From contig JAFGCJ010000003.1 of assembly GCA_016932785.1 (NCBI GenBank), positions 104,971 through 168,970 on the forward strand: a DNA stretch of 64,000 nt, in the 5' to 3' direction. Positions 42,174 to 52,805 of the stretch are shown here, piece by piece. The notes below the pieces were generated by a model that was not told the origin of the DNA, searched no databases, and was given only the letters and a program-made list of their open reading frames with translations. Origin of the DNA: Candidatus Dojkabacteria bacterium (lineage in GTDB: Bacteria; Patescibacteriota; Dojkabacteria; SC72; JAFGCJ01). Both the position numbers and the translations under genes were made by a program. Numbering within the stretch: position 1 is the stretch's first letter; every line of letters starts with the position of its first letter.

Positions 42174-43796
42174 CTAGAAACTAGATATCTCCAATACGTA
42201 GTTTAGCAGGTTGGCGTTTGTTGAACCTTCAGCAAACCGCGGCTGGCAGTAATCGTAGAGTATGGTAGGTTTTATTTCTATATTACGAATTCCCTTGTCG
42301 TAAATATGAATTGAGAGTACTAATCCTTGACGGGTTTCTGTTGACCACATCTGATCAAAAAGGAAGTTGCCAAGACCATAGAATACTGGTTTACCGTGGT
42401 AAAAAGTTGCACCTTGGATTTCGTGAGAAGATACTCCGGTGACGATGTCTGCCCCCAGATCTATTGATTCCTGAGAGTGTTCAACTTGGTCATTTCCCGG
42501 GGTTGTTCCGTATTCTGGCCATAGATGAGTATCGACCCAAACAATGTCGGCCGATGATGAAGCCTGTTCTATTGCAGCTTCAAGTTTGGCTTCATCGTAA
42601 TATGCTGATCCGGCTAGTTGATCGGTTGCTATGACACCGTCCGGACCCATTTTGTTAAAACCTATGAAGGCTATCTTTCCTGCTTGAGTGTTATAGATAA
42701 GTGGGGTCCATGCCTCTTGGCTATTGGCCCCGGCTCCAAAGTAGGCGATATCGTTATTGGTGTAGGTCGACATGGTATCTGCGTATACGTTTCGTCCATA
42801 ATCTGCCATGTGGTTTCCTGTCAGACTGACTATATCGATTCCCATAGTTTTGAGGTTTTGGAGGTATTCAGGTTTTCCGCAGAAAGCTGTAGTTCCGGCA
42901 GATTGTGAGCAGCCCTCTACAAAAGATGACTCGTTGCTGAGGATTGCTATATCGGATTCAGAAAGAAAGTCTTTCACGTCTTTGATGGGGTACTCCATGC
43001 TGTGAGTTCTCTCGCACAGTTCCCATCCTGGACCGCCGGCGACTGAAGTGCCTGTTTTGGCTACTGTGACAAAATCTTCTGGACTTGGGAGTTTTTCCAG
43101 GTAGTCGAAATTTTCAAGGAATTCTTGAAACAAAGTGTCGCTTGTGAATTTATTGATGAGGTCCTTATCGCCGGAGATCTCTATGGTATAGGCCAGGGGG
43201 TAGTCTGGTTTCTTCCACCATTCTTTGTCGAAAACGACTTTGTTGTCTACAGGAACTACAATCCTTGTAGCGTCTAGCTCGTGAAGTGTGTCAAGATGAA
43301 TTCCTTTCTCATCGGAGTCGTTCTTTACATTGAGGGTGAATCTTTCTCCGATGATTTCTTCTAGATTCGGTGTGTCTATTTTGCCAGATTTGTAGGTTAT
43401 TTCTGATGGTTTTTGTGTTAATAATTTCCAGTTCTTGGTTGGAACAATTATTTGGTAAAAAGACTTTGTATTTTGTTCAGAGTCGTCATAGGCAATTCCG
43501 GGGCTTGCCTCTATTTTTAAATCCGCATCTTTCTCAGTGTTCGTTTGTTTCCACTTTTTATTCTCAGCAATATCATAGACTGTTTCTTTCAAAGATTCAG
43601 AAATACTATCTGAGATGAAGTATGTTTCATTTTCTTTATCCTCCTGATGCCCAGAGCTGTTATTTGAAGTGTTTAAAAAATGTGAGTAAATGAAAAAAAA
43701 TCCTATTCCCAGTAGTACAACTGCGACGACAACAAAAAGTACGATGAATACCTTTTTTCTATTTTTTGAAGCTTTTATATCTACTGATATGTCCAT
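42174..43796 (-). CDS. CapA/PGA_cap-family metallophosphatase-like protein, membrane anchored
   Basis: N-terminal TM helix, LTGNHMADYG, VDTHLWPEYG and GADIVTGVSSHEIQG...YGLGNFLFDQ. Confidence 0.8.
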   Translation of the reverse strand: MDISVDIKASKNRKKVFIVLFVVVAVVLLGIGFFFIYSHFLNTSNNSSGHQEDKENETYFISDSISESLKETVYDIAENKKWKQTNTEKDADLKIEASPGIAYDDSEQNTKSFYQIIVPTKNWKLLTQKPSEITYKSGKIDTPNLEEIIGERFTLNVKNDSDEKGIHLDTLHELDATRIVVPVDNKVVFDKEWWKKPDYPLAYTIEISGDKDLINKFTSDTLFQEFLENFDYLEKLPSPEDFVTVAKTGTSVAGGPGWELCERTHSMEYPIKDVKDFLSESDIAILSNESSFVEGCSQSAGTTAFCGKPEYLQNLKTMGIDIVSLTGNHMADYGRNVYADTMSTYTNNDIAYFGAGANSQEAWTPLIYNTQAGKIAFIGFNKMGPDGVIATDQLAGSAYYDEAKLEAAIEQASSSADIVWVDTHLWPEYGTTPGNDQVEHSQESIDLGADIVTGVSSHEIQGATFYHGKPVFYGLGNFLFDQMWSTETRQGLVLSIHIYDKGIRNIEIKPTILYDYCQPRFAEGSTNANLLNYVLEISSF

Positions 43797-43806
43797 TTAT
43801 TGAGGA

Positions 43807-46800
43807 TTATTTTTCCCAGGTCAGAACGAGATCTTCATCTTTCTCGAGGTTGGTTCTTTTTACGAGGGTATTTATCTCTCTCTGTATATCTGAGAGATCA
43901 GTTGGCTCCCATAGGTCTGGATAGGAGACCTGGATCGTGATTGGATCGGCATCCAGTCCGGCCTGTTTGATGAAGTTCAGTCTGTACGTCAGCTTGCTCC
44001 CTGGACCTATTTCTAAAGGAAAGTCAGTCATGTCCTCTCTTTCAAGTCGGTATGTTACTGAGATACTGTGCTGACCCTTCGTTGGAACAACAATGTGTCC
44101 GGACAAGGTCTCGAGCTGAAATGAAGAACTCTCTTTAACAGTGTAGGACTCTATTCCCTCGACTCTTACCAGGGTAACACCCTGTGGAAGAAATATTCGT
44201 ATGAAGCACTCATAGTCACCCTCTGGATAAATATTCTGTGTGCTCGAATTTTCATAGTTTATTGTAAGCTTTTGTTGGATCGTGTTTTCATCAATTATAT
44301 TTGTTGCAACAGTTGTGGATCTATCGATGTAGTAGTTAGCTTTATTTCCTCCGTAGTTCCATTCAACAGGATAGATGATATTTGTTTTAGGCTCTAGGTG
44401 GCCGCTCCACCCCAAATTATCAAGAACTTCTGCAACTTGAGAGTTGTGCATGTATATTTGAATATGGTTTTCATCAAGGGCCTCGGTTGTTACTTTTGAT
44501 ACCTCTGATATCTTGGATTTTCCGTCTGACAATAATTTTTTGAGAATCTCATTGGCCAGGTTTGATAGGAAGACAGGTTTGTTTGTGCTTCCCGGCGTGA
44601 ATTCCTTATGGATCTCAATTACCTTGTCATATATGTTGTCCTTGGTTACTGGATCGGATTCTCCCGGGACTTTTATTTCACCCCAAATATCAATAAGTTC
44701 GCTTACATACTGAAGGTCTATTGCTATTACTCCATCAACGTTTACGACCTTGTCCTCAAGCTTGAGGAAATACTCTGCGGCCTCAGCTGACTCTGGGAAA
44801 TCAGGTGACCAGTTTGAAAGAGACAGATTCCATTCTTTGGTTCCCAGTGCTTTTTGCATGGATTCTGGAGGATCGACTTTCTCTGTGAGTTGACCGTCTG
44901 CATTGTAAACATCGTCGACGGTCATCGTTCTAATTTGACCATGCTCAATTCCTATAACAGCATAGCTGGTGAGCCAACCTCCTGTGCTTCTGAGTTCCAT
45001 TGGGTTTTGGAATAGAACAATATAAGTTTTTCTATCATCCTCACCAAGAATCTCGGGCATATACGATGAAAACTCATTTACCGTACCTATTGTCTCATCC
45101 AGTTTTGCGGTTGTGTCTTTTAATTTCTTAATGTAATTCCTTATTGAAGCGGGGTAAATAGAGGTGTCAACATCATTTAGGGACTCTGTGGCTAGTGAAA
45201 TTTCAATGCTTGCGCTTTCAATATACTGAACCCCGTCTTCCATACTCCGTAGCTCATTTAGGTACTCTCTGGAACCTCCTCCGGTATTCTGATCAAAGGT
45301 TGTGATAGGTTCGAAGTTGTTGAAATATTCAGCGTAAGGGTCGAATCCCTTAACTAGATAATTTCCCGCTTTAGACAAATGCTCTGCCCCGTCAGCTATA
45401 TTTGAGGTATTTTGGTAGAGGTTTTTTACTCCGGGAACGTAAGACACCCATCTTAGATTTTGAAATCCGGTATTTGCGAGAGAGGTGAAGTAGCTTGATC
45501 GTTCGAGTGATTTCTGTGCAGCATCTGTATCGAGGCTATAAGCCTGTTTGTACCCCTTATTTCCGAAGTAATATCCAAGTGACGCGCCTAGCAGAATCTG
45601 AATTATTGGTGCAATCAGTAGAAAGTACACGGCTACCACGGCTAGAGATATTCCTACCCATTTAAAAACCTGCCCGAGGGATACCTTCTGAGTTTTGGAA
45701 GACGAAAGAGTACTTGTGATGACTTCTTTAAGTCTGGAAAATGGAGAAGTAACAGAACTGATAATTTTGCCGACTGTTGTAACTCGTTCGGACCTTGGGG
45801 CCTTTGCTTTTAACGATTCTTGCTTGTCTGTCAGGTCTTTTTGAGAAGGTTTATCCTCCCACTTCAGATTGTATTCGTCATAGAAATACTGAATTGATTC
45901 CATGAGGGACTCTTCAAAAGAAATTCTTGGGTTCCAGCCGATTTTTGTAAGATTTTTGGCAGGCACATAAATTTGTGGAGGTCCTTCATCTCCTGAGCTT
46001 TCAGTAAAAACTATCTCTCCTGCTTTTGGGTTCATTTCAAGTGTCCTGTAGGCTAGACTAAGGGTTGAGATCTCTTCTGGATATGAGAGGGAAAACACCT
46101 CTCCATTTGTTTTTCCGCTAAAAGTTGCTTTTATCAAGCCATAAACGGCATCTAAAGAGTTGATATAGTATGAGAAGTCGAGTCCCTCACCGGTTATTGT
46201 TATTCTCGGTTTAGTAATAGATTCCTTTATCATATCAACGAAAGTAGTGTTCGAGTCCAAAGGCATTCCTTTTCCGATTACTTCACCAAGTCGGCAAATT
46301 CTGATATTGAGGGCTGCATTGTCGTGGTATTCTGCCGCAAGATTTTCGGCATATCTTTGAAGCTCCATAGGTGTGTACGGATTTTGAGATCTATCAGAGG
46401 AAAGCTTATCCGTGTCTTGAGGTTTTATGGTGGAAAGCTTTCTGTGTCCAGAGATGGTTGTTGTAAGAGTTACCTTTGCGGATTGTTTGAGAGCAATTTT
46501 AAACAATGCGTCGATTGAGTTTGTTTCTGATAAAAACTTCTTACTTGAAAGATTCTCTGTTGTGACTAGATACTGGTCCAGCAGGATAAAAATATAGTCT
46601 ACGCGCTTAATCTCGGTTGAAAGTCCAGGTACTCCAGAGAGATCATAGATTTTGGCTTTGTGTTTTGACTTAAGATCCTGAAGTGTCTTTTTGGTCTTTC
46701 GAGTGAATTCATCAATAACTATGATGTTTGTTTTCTGGGAGGATAGAATTTCGGCTAATTTTTCGCCGAGGAAGTTGGCACCATGTACAATAATTGCTGT

Positions 46801-46830
46801 TGGTTGTTTTGTGTTTAGTTGATCATTCAT
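43807..46830 (-). CDS. Fusion protein: NAD-dependent epimerase/dehydratase-like N-terminal domain, TM helix, DUF4012-type extracytoplasmic domain
   Basis: The N-terminal roughly 330 aa has an SDR/epimerase layout. TM WVGISLAVVAVYFLLIAPIIQILLGA. DUF4012 hallmark FQNPMELRSTGGWLTSYAVI. Confidence 0.75.
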   Translation of the reverse strand: MNDQLNTKQPTAIIVHGANFLGEKLAEILSSQKTNIIVIDEFTRKTKKTLQDLKSKHKAKIYDLSGVPGLSTEIKRVDYIFILLDQYLVTTENLSSKKFLSETNSIDALFKIALKQSAKVTLTTTISGHRKLSTIKPQDTDKLSSDRSQNPYTPMELQRYAENLAAEYHDNAALNIRICRLGEVIGKGMPLDSNTTFVDMIKESITKPRITITGEGLDFSYYINSLDAVYGLIKATFSGKTNGEVFSLSYPEEISTLSLAYRTLEMNPKAGEIVFTESSGDEGPPQIYVPAKNLTKIGWNPRISFEESLMESIQYFYDEYNLKWEDKPSQKDLTDKQESLKAKAPRSERVTTVGKIISSVTSPFSRLKEVITSTLSSSKTQKVSLGQVFKWVGISLAVVAVYFLLIAPIIQILLGASLGYYFGNKGYKQAYSLDTDAAQKSLERSSYFTSLANTGFQNLRWVSYVPGVKNLYQNTSNIADGAEHLSKAGNYLVKGFDPYAEYFNNFEPITTFDQNTGGGSREYLNELRSMEDGVQYIESASIEISLATESLNDVDTSIYPASIRNYIKKLKDTTAKLDETIGTVNEFSSYMPEILGEDDRKTYIVLFQNPMELRSTGGWLTSYAVIGIEHGQIRTMTVDDVYNADGQLTEKVDPPESMQKALGTKEWNLSLSNWSPDFPESAEAAEYFLKLEDKVVNVDGVIAIDLQYVSELIDIWGEIKVPGESDPVTKDNIYDKVIEIHKEFTPGSTNKPVFLSNLANEILKKLLSDGKSKISEVSKVTTEALDENHIQIYMHNSQVAEVLDNLGWSGHLEPKTNIIYPVEWNYGGNKANYYIDRSTTVATNIIDENTIQQKLTINYENSSTQNIYPEGDYECFIRIFLPQGVTLVRVEGIESYTVKESSSFQLETLSGHIVVPTKGQHSISVTYRLEREDMTDFPLEIGPGSKLTYRLNFIKQAGLDADPITIQVSYPDLWEPTDLSDIQREINTLVKRTNLEKDEDLVLTWEK

Positions 46831-46838
46831 GCTTGGTA

Positions 46839-47492
46839 TTAATCAAGTTGTACCGGCCTTGCCATAAGTTCTATTTCGGCGATGAGAGTATAGCCCTCAC
46901 GTAAAATTAAGGCGGCATCTTCGTCCTCATATCCGTCCAATGAGATTTTCATCTCATGTCTTCCGTCGTCAAGTTTTTGTGTTGTTACGGGAGTATCTCC
47001 GTATCGGATATTGTCTATCCATACCGTGGCACCTGGCGGGGAAGATTTTATATATAGCTCGGATTCGTTCGTCTTTATTTTTTTATAATAAAGAGTTTTT
47101 AACGAACTGAATTGTTTGCTTGGTCCAATTTCCGCTTCAACAAATGTCCTTGTGTTCTGCTCAAGATGAATCAGCTTTGTAATATCGGTATAGAAGTCTT
47201 CACTTCCTGAGATTCGTGAAACCTTAAGTTTATAATCGCCTGGGGCAAGATTCTCCGACGATAATGGAGTCTCTCCTATTTTTTTCCCGTCTAGAAACAC
47301 TTCTGATTTTCCAGCTGTTGTATTAACTGTAAGGGCGGCGTTTTTTCCTACAATAGGAAGATAAGCAAGGTATGACCATGGGCGTAGGATCGCTGCCGCA
47401 ATTGCAAGGGCAGCAATAAAAACTATAATTATTATGCGGTAGCTCTTTTTCATTGGTGATTTCATTATAGTTTTTGGAGCATGAAAAGGCAA
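46839..47492 (-). CDS. PEGA domain protein, membrane anchored
   Basis: TM helix followed by two PEGA-like repeats (VFLDGKKIGETP, PPGATVWIDNIRYGDTP). Confidence 0.75.
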   Translation of the reverse strand: MPFHAPKTIMKSPMKKSYRIIIIVFIAALAIAAAILRPWSYLAYLPIVGKNAALTVNTTAGKSEVFLDGKKIGETPLSSENLAPGDYKLKVSRISGSEDFYTDITKLIHLEQNTRTFVEAEIGPSKQFSSLKTLYYKKIKTNESELYIKSSPPGATVWIDNIRYGDTPVTTQKLDDGRHEMKISLDGYEDEDAALILREGYTLIAEIELMARPVQLD

Positions 47493-47521
47493 TTGGTTTG
47501 CGTCTGGAAGCAGTTAGAGTA

Positions 47522-48700
47522 TTAGTATGAATATTTTGACTCTGGACTTTCCTTATCTGTAACTTCTTTCTGAGAGGGTTTTTGCCGTCTTTTGACAATT
47601 TGTGTTATGGCCCCAATGAAAACTACAATTAGTAATAGTGCAATCAACGATGAAAATGCCCTCATAGCTCCGAAGGAGGCGAGAGCTACGGCACCGAGAA
47701 TTGCTGAAAGGCCATATTCGACTAGAGCAAGTTGAGGTTCAGTAAGCCCAAGGTCGAGCATTTTGTGATGTAGGTGAGTTTTGTCGCTTATCGAGAGAAC
47801 AATACTTGGGTTTAGGGTTTTCGTCTTTATTATCCTGGAGGCTATAACCCAGACAAAATCTATAAGCGGAAGCATAAGAATGATTAGACCTATCGCTATC
47901 TTTGCACCACTCATAACACTTAGAACAGCAAGTACAAAACCGTAAACAGATTTTCCCGAGGAACCGGAGAATATCTTTGCGGGATAGAAGTTGAAGATTA
48001 GAAATCCCAGGGCAAGTCCCGCAAAAATAATGCTTAGGGTTGCAGATTGATCGGATTGTGTTCTAACACTGAACAGAAAAAGCGTGAGCGAAGCAATTAT
48101 AGAATTTCCCTCCATAAGGCCATCAGTTCCTGCGACGAACTTCACAGCATTAATACATATCAGAGTCCATGCAATAAACAAGAGATCACCTGGAAGTACG
48201 AGTTCTATAGGAATGTTGAGAAGCTCTGTTTTAAATGTGAAGAGATCGAGATTTATTACTCCGTTTATGGGATTGTTTATAAATGAGAGATTGATTGGAG
48301 ATAAAGCAATAATAATAGCAGCGGCTATTTGAGCCGTAAGTTGAAACTTGTATGAAAATTCAAACTTATCGTCGAGAATGCCCATAACAAGCAGCAGAGA
48401 TGTTGCAAGGACGAGATAAAGGACTTCGGGACTGTACTCAAGAGTGATAAGTGTTAGTAGGATAAAGGGGAGAACAACAGCAGCACCTCCAAGCCTTGGG
48501 GTAGGGGGTTTTTCGAGATGTCTGAAGTCTGATGCCTTATTCCCTTCTCTCATACTTGGTGGATATGCAAGAATTTTGAATTTTCGCGCAATGTAACCAA
48601 CTATTGGTGTAAGTACAAGCCCTGAAAGAAATCCAATGGCAAGTAGTGGCAGGTAATCAAGATATTTTTGGTAATTTTCAGGGATGTTGAGATTAAACAT
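47522..48700 (-). CDS. Polyprenyl-phosphate sugar-1-phosphate transferase, MraY/WecA (GT4) family
   Basis: ILDDKFEF, NAVKFVAGTDGL and about 10 TM helices. Confidence 0.85.
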   Translation of the reverse strand: MFNLNIPENYQKYLDYLPLLAIGFLSGLVLTPIVGYIARKFKILAYPPSMREGNKASDFRHLEKPPTPRLGGAAVVLPFILLTLITLEYSPEVLYLVLATSLLLVMGILDDKFEFSYKFQLTAQIAAAIIIALSPINLSFINNPINGVINLDLFTFKTELLNIPIELVLPGDLLFIAWTLICINAVKFVAGTDGLMEGNSIIASLTLFLFSVRTQSDQSATLSIIFAGLALGFLIFNFYPAKIFSGSSGKSVYGFVLAVLSVMSGAKIAIGLIILMLPLIDFVWVIASRIIKTKTLNPSIVLSISDKTHLHHKMLDLGLTEPQLALVEYGLSAILGAVALASFGAMRAFSSLIALLLIVVFIGAITQIVKRRQKPSQKEVTDKESPESKYSY

Positions 48701-48704
48701 GCAT

Positions 48705-49166
48705 TTATCTAACTAGACTTAAGGGTTTATATATGGAAATAAATAGTGCCAAAGTTGTGATGATCGATATTGTTTGAATAAAATAGGCAAGAGTTTTTGA
48801 TTTAAAGTATAGTCTTCCGCCAACAATTATTGCAAATAGCTGGACGATAAGATTAGTAAGGACAATTAATATAACGTTTGTACTGTTGATAAATCTCTTT
48901 GACGGGGATTGATAGTAGTAAAAAAGTGCTATAGAAGAGGGTATCTTCGTAATATTATTATAGAAATACACTGCGGTTATTATCGAAAGGGAGGTATTCA
49001 GAAATATAGCAAGCCACAGAACTGGAGATCTCCAGTAGCTAAATTGATCCATTATTCTGGAAATTCTCCTATACCTAAGGGAAACACGTTGTAGAAACGG
49101 ACTCCCTTTGTACTTAATTCCAAGGCCTAATTGTGACGGTTTTTCTTTAATCTGTTTTTTCTTCAT
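48705..49166 (-). CDS. Hypothetical membrane protein
   Basis: 153-aa ORF with 4 hydrophobic helices. It overlaps the rsmA 3' end by 20 nt. Confidence 0.45.
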   Translation of the reverse strand: MKKKQIKEKPSQLGLGIKYKGSPFLQRVSLRYRRISRIMDQFSYWRSPVLWLAIFLNTSLSIITAVYFYNNITKIPSSIALFYYYQSPSKRFINSTNVILIVLTNLIVQLFAIIVGGRLYFKSKTLAYFIQTISIITTLALFISIYKPLSLVR

Positions 49167-49971
49167 TATTCAGGACGTTATTATACAACATAAATACTTT
49201 TTGAAATTCTTCCAGAGAGAGTTCCTCGGGTCTCTTTTTTCGGACTATCTTGAAATTATTCTCTTTAAGGCATTGCTTTAGACGAAAATGGTACTTTTTT
49301 GGAGTAATCCTTAAAAGATTATTTTGGATAGTTTTTCGTTGAGATTGAAAGCAATCCTTAATAAAAGCAGACAAATCTGTGCCATCTTTATGCGGATTTT
49401 TAAGTATAAATTTTATGACAGCACCGTCCACCTTGGGAACCGGACTGAAAGATTTTGCAGAAACCGTAAATTCATACCTGCAAGTGGAGTAAATACTTGC
49501 GAAAAGTGATAAAAATGTTGATTTCGGGGTCTTAGCCGTATAGTCATCGGCAACTTCCTTCTGAACCAGAAAAGTGAGAGAAACCGGGTGAGGCAGATTT
49601 TCTTTTCTAGGAAAAGTAATAAATTTGGCTATTATTTTTTTTGAAATATTGTAAGGGAGTGAACCTACTACGAAAAAATCATTCTTGAAATTATCAGCAG
49701 GGTTATAATTCAAGATATCCATATTTACAACTTTGAAATTCTGATGCGATGTTAACTCAAGTTTTTGCTTTAGTAAAAGGGCTAGTCTGGGATCGCGTTC
49801 TACGCACACAAGTGATTGAACGAGGTTTATAAGTTCAAAGGTAAGAGCTCCCTTCCCTGGTCCTATCTCAAGCCAGTCTTGATCAGAAGACGGGTCTGCT
49901 ATGGAAACCAATTTTTGTATTATTGCTTTATCTTTTAAAAAGTTTTGACCAAGATATTTTAGAGCTTTCAT
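49147..49971 (-). CDS. rsmA: 16S rRNA (adenine1518/1519-N6)-dimethyltransferase RsmA/KsgA
   Basis: LGQNFLKD, EIGPGKGALT and GSLPYNISKKI. Confidence 0.9.
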   Translation of the reverse strand: MKALKYLGQNFLKDKAIIQKLVSIADPSSDQDWLEIGPGKGALTFELINLVQSLVCVERDPRLALLLKQKLELTSHQNFKVVNMDILNYNPADNFKNDFFVVGSLPYNISKKIIAKFITFPRKENLPHPVSLTFLVQKEVADDYTAKTPKSTFLSLFASIYSTCRYEFTVSAKSFSPVPKVDGAVIKFILKNPHKDGTDLSAFIKDCFQSQRKTIQNNLLRITPKKYHFRLKQCLKENNFKIVRKKRPEELSLEEFQKVFMLYNNVLNNEEKTD

Positions 49972-50022
49972 GTTTTATATTCTATTTCTATACATTGAGA
50001 TCCAAAAAACTAAGCAAGAAAT

Positions 50023-50970
50023 TTATTCCGGTGCAGGGTACCGCAAATCATAAACCTTGTTTTTTATATTGAAGGAGATGTTGCATTTGGAACACAGAAG
50101 ACTTGATGGTTTTCTGTCTAATTCACCTTTACACTTGGGGCAGCACAGTAAGTCCTCAACATCTGAAAAGTGCTGTTGTGACAAGCCGTTTTTTTTGTAT
50201 GACTGGTAAATTATGCTTGGAGTAATCTTAGTCCAGCCTAATACAACTTGAAAAAATTTTTCCACTACTTTAAGTAATACCGAGGGTACAAATTTTTTGA
50301 TAAAAGGGATTCTCAGAAAGGATAAACAATATGATCTTTTGATATTTATTTCATGAGAAACAAGAAGATTTCTAATATGTCTTGGTGAATAGTTATAAAT
50401 AATCCCGGGAACCGTTGCTTCGGTACCCTCGGGAGATTTTGAAGTCTCTATTTTCGAAGGCTCACCTGAAAAAATATATTTGAAATTAAATTTGAGTATT
50501 GCTCTGAGAATAGCTTTGATATTATGCTTGTTGGCAAATTCCAATACGAAGAGGGCTTTGCTAGAAAGGATTCTTGAAACTTCTGATATGGCTGTGTCCC
50601 AATCCTCCAGGTGATGAATTACTCTTACCATGAGAGCAGAATCAAATGTTGCTGTTTTAAAGGGAAGATTATAAACATTTGCTGCTACCAAATTTACGTT
50701 TTTTATTCCTCTCTTCTTAAAGTCCTCGCGTGCCTGTTCTAGGGCCTTTTCCGAATAGTCACACAAAACACAATTGTGGAACTTTTGGTAGTATAAATCT
50801 GTTAATCTTCCGTACGAACCACCTACATCTAGGATCCAGTTCCCAGTGGAATTCTTGAGAATCTTCTTCAGTACGTTAGTCTCAGAAAAGTTCTCGTAGT
50901 CTCGGTCCTTCCAAAATTGGGAGTAATCGTAATCGTATTTATCGTAGTAGGTAATATCTTGTGAGCTCAT
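50023..50970 (-). CDS. Class I SAM-dependent methyltransferase with a C-terminal Trm112-like zinc ribbon
   Basis: ILDVGGSYGRLT (motif I) and C-terminal CCPKCKGEL...CSKCN. Confidence 0.8.
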   Translation of the reverse strand: MSSQDITYYDKYDYDYSQFWKDRDYENFSETNVLKKILKNSTGNWILDVGGSYGRLTDLYYQKFHNCVLCDYSEKALEQAREDFKKRGIKNVNLVAANVYNLPFKTATFDSALMVRVIHHLEDWDTAISEVSRILSSKALFVLEFANKHNIKAILRAILKFNFKYIFSGEPSKIETSKSPEGTEATVPGIIYNYSPRHIRNLLVSHEINIKRSYCLSFLRIPFIKKFVPSVLLKVVEKFFQVVLGWTKITPSIIYQSYKKNGLSQQHFSDVEDLLCCPKCKGELDRKPSSLLCSKCNISFNIKNKVYDLRYPAPE

Positions 50971-50993
50971 TGTAAGGTTGCGAAAATTAAAAA

Positions 50994-52790
50994 CTATTTA
51001 GATTGCAGAGCTTCTAGTTCCTGTATTTTTGAGTTTATCAGATTTAGTACCGAATTTGCCTTTTCTGATGAATCAGTTTTTTCAAGCTTTTCAAGCTGTT
51101 CCTTTAAGTCAGCTATTTCAAATCGAATAGCACGCTCCTTAATCTTGCGTATTGTTTCCGTGATTTCCAAGATAATTTCTTCTTGTGTAGGCTCTTCAGA
51201 CCAAATTGGACGCATATTGGAGTCTTCACATAAAGATCTTTCTTTGTCGTCGAGTTTTTCAATAAAGGAAGATATTGAAAAGTCTTTATCTTTTTTAAAT
51301 TGAGAAATAAGCTTATTAACAATTACTGAAACAGTAGGATTTTTGAGCTCTTGAAGTGGAATCTTTTCAATTGTCCAGGGAAGCGCCTTAGGACTCTGAA
51401 AAAGCAACGAGAGCAGGTATATCTCCAGGGGAAGATCTTGGTCTTTAGCTTTGGTCTCCTCCTCAATATCTGCAGTAGTAAAAGTGTTAGAAATTATTTT
51501 TTTCTTGATTGTAGATTCCGATATTCCAGTGAGCTCGGATATTTCCTTAATGTGGTGCTCTCGTATTAGTAAATCTGATATCTCTGAAATTATTGGGAAT
51601 ATCTTTTTTACCACCAATTGCTTGAATTTCAGGCTTTTTGGGTCTGAACCACTTAATAGTTTCTCGAGAAAATATGTTATTGCTGGTTGTTTGGAATTTA
51701 TAGCCTTAATCCATAGGTTTTTATCCTTTTTGATACATTCGTCAGCGTCGTTTCCGTATGGCAACTCGATCGCTGAAACATTGAAGCCCTTCTTGTAGGC
51801 TAATCCAGCAACTCTTGCTGCGGCAGATTGGCCGGCAAAGTCTCTGTCAAAACACAAGGCAATGTTTTGTGTAAATCTCTTAATTCTATCGAGTTGGTCT
51901 GAAGTAACACCTGTTCCCAGGGGGGCTGTGATGTTCTTTACTCCTGCTTGGAATGAGGATATTACATCTGTCTGGCCTTCGACGAGGATGCAGAAATCCC
52001 TGTCGTTAATTGCTTTTTTGGTCTGAAAAATCCCGAAAAGGTTCCTCCTTTTCTGAAAGATCAGGGTCTCTGGCGAGTTAATGTATTTGGGCCTCTTATC
52101 GTTCTTATTAATTACCCTTCCGCTAAAACCAATTACAGCTCCTGAGGTAGAAAAAATTGGGAACATTAGTCTGTCGTAGAACCTATCTGTAAGTCGTCCT
52201 TGACGTTTTGTAAGAATGCCGTAATTCTCAAGTTCTTTGTCTTGGTAACCTTTTTTCTTTAAGAATGAATGTAGAGAATTATTAGCGGAGGTGGGAGGTG
52301 CATAACCAATTTGAAATGTCTTTATCGAGTCTTTTGTCAATCCCCTTTTACGAAGATATATTCGGGCTTTTTCACCCAAATTATGTTTTGTTAGGATGTA
52401 ATTGTAATACTTTCCTGCAAGTTCATGAATTTCTTTTGCCCTGAGAAACCTTTTTGCAGACTCTGGATCAGATTTGCCCAATTTAAGCTTAACGCCGGCC
52501 TCTTTGGCAAGCTGCGTAAGGGCTTCATAGAATTCGATGTTTTCATTTTTCATCAGGAACTCTATTACGTCACCGCTTTCACCACACCCGAAACATTTGT
52601 AAATTCCTAGTTCGGGGTTTACTGAAAAAGATGGAGTATCCTCTTTATGGAAGGGACAAAGACCAAATAGGTTTTTACCTACAGGCTTGAGACTTACATA
52701 TCTTTTGACTACATCTTCAATATTTATTCTCTGTTTAATCTCCTCTATTTGAGATCTATCAACTCCAGAAGAATGGATGATTTCCGCCAT
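50994..52790 (-). CDS. dnaG: DNA primase
   Basis: Zinc finger CPFHKEDTPSFSVNPELGIYKCFGCGESGD and TOPRIM region ILVEGQTDV...DRDFAGQ. Confidence 0.95.
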   Translation of the reverse strand: MAEIIHSSGVDRSQIEEIKQRINIEDVVKRYVSLKPVGKNLFGLCPFHKEDTPSFSVNPELGIYKCFGCGESGDVIEFLMKNENIEFYEALTQLAKEAGVKLKLGKSDPESAKRFLRAKEIHELAGKYYNYILTKHNLGEKARIYLRKRGLTKDSIKTFQIGYAPPTSANNSLHSFLKKKGYQDKELENYGILTKRQGRLTDRFYDRLMFPIFSTSGAVIGFSGRVINKNDKRPKYINSPETLIFQKRRNLFGIFQTKKAINDRDFCILVEGQTDVISSFQAGVKNITAPLGTGVTSDQLDRIKRFTQNIALCFDRDFAGQSAAARVAGLAYKKGFNVSAIELPYGNDADECIKKDKNLWIKAINSKQPAITYFLEKLLSGSDPKSLKFKQLVVKKIFPIISEISDLLIREHHIKEISELTGISESTIKKKIISNTFTTADIEEETKAKDQDLPLEIYLLSLLFQSPKALPWTIEKIPLQELKNPTVSVIVNKLISQFKKDKDFSISSFIEKLDDKERSLCEDSNMRPIWSEEPTQEEIILEITETIRKIKERAIRFEIADLKEQLEKLEKTDSSEKANSVLNLINSKIQELEALQSK

Positions 52791-52805
52791 TTTTATTCTT
52801 TTAAC

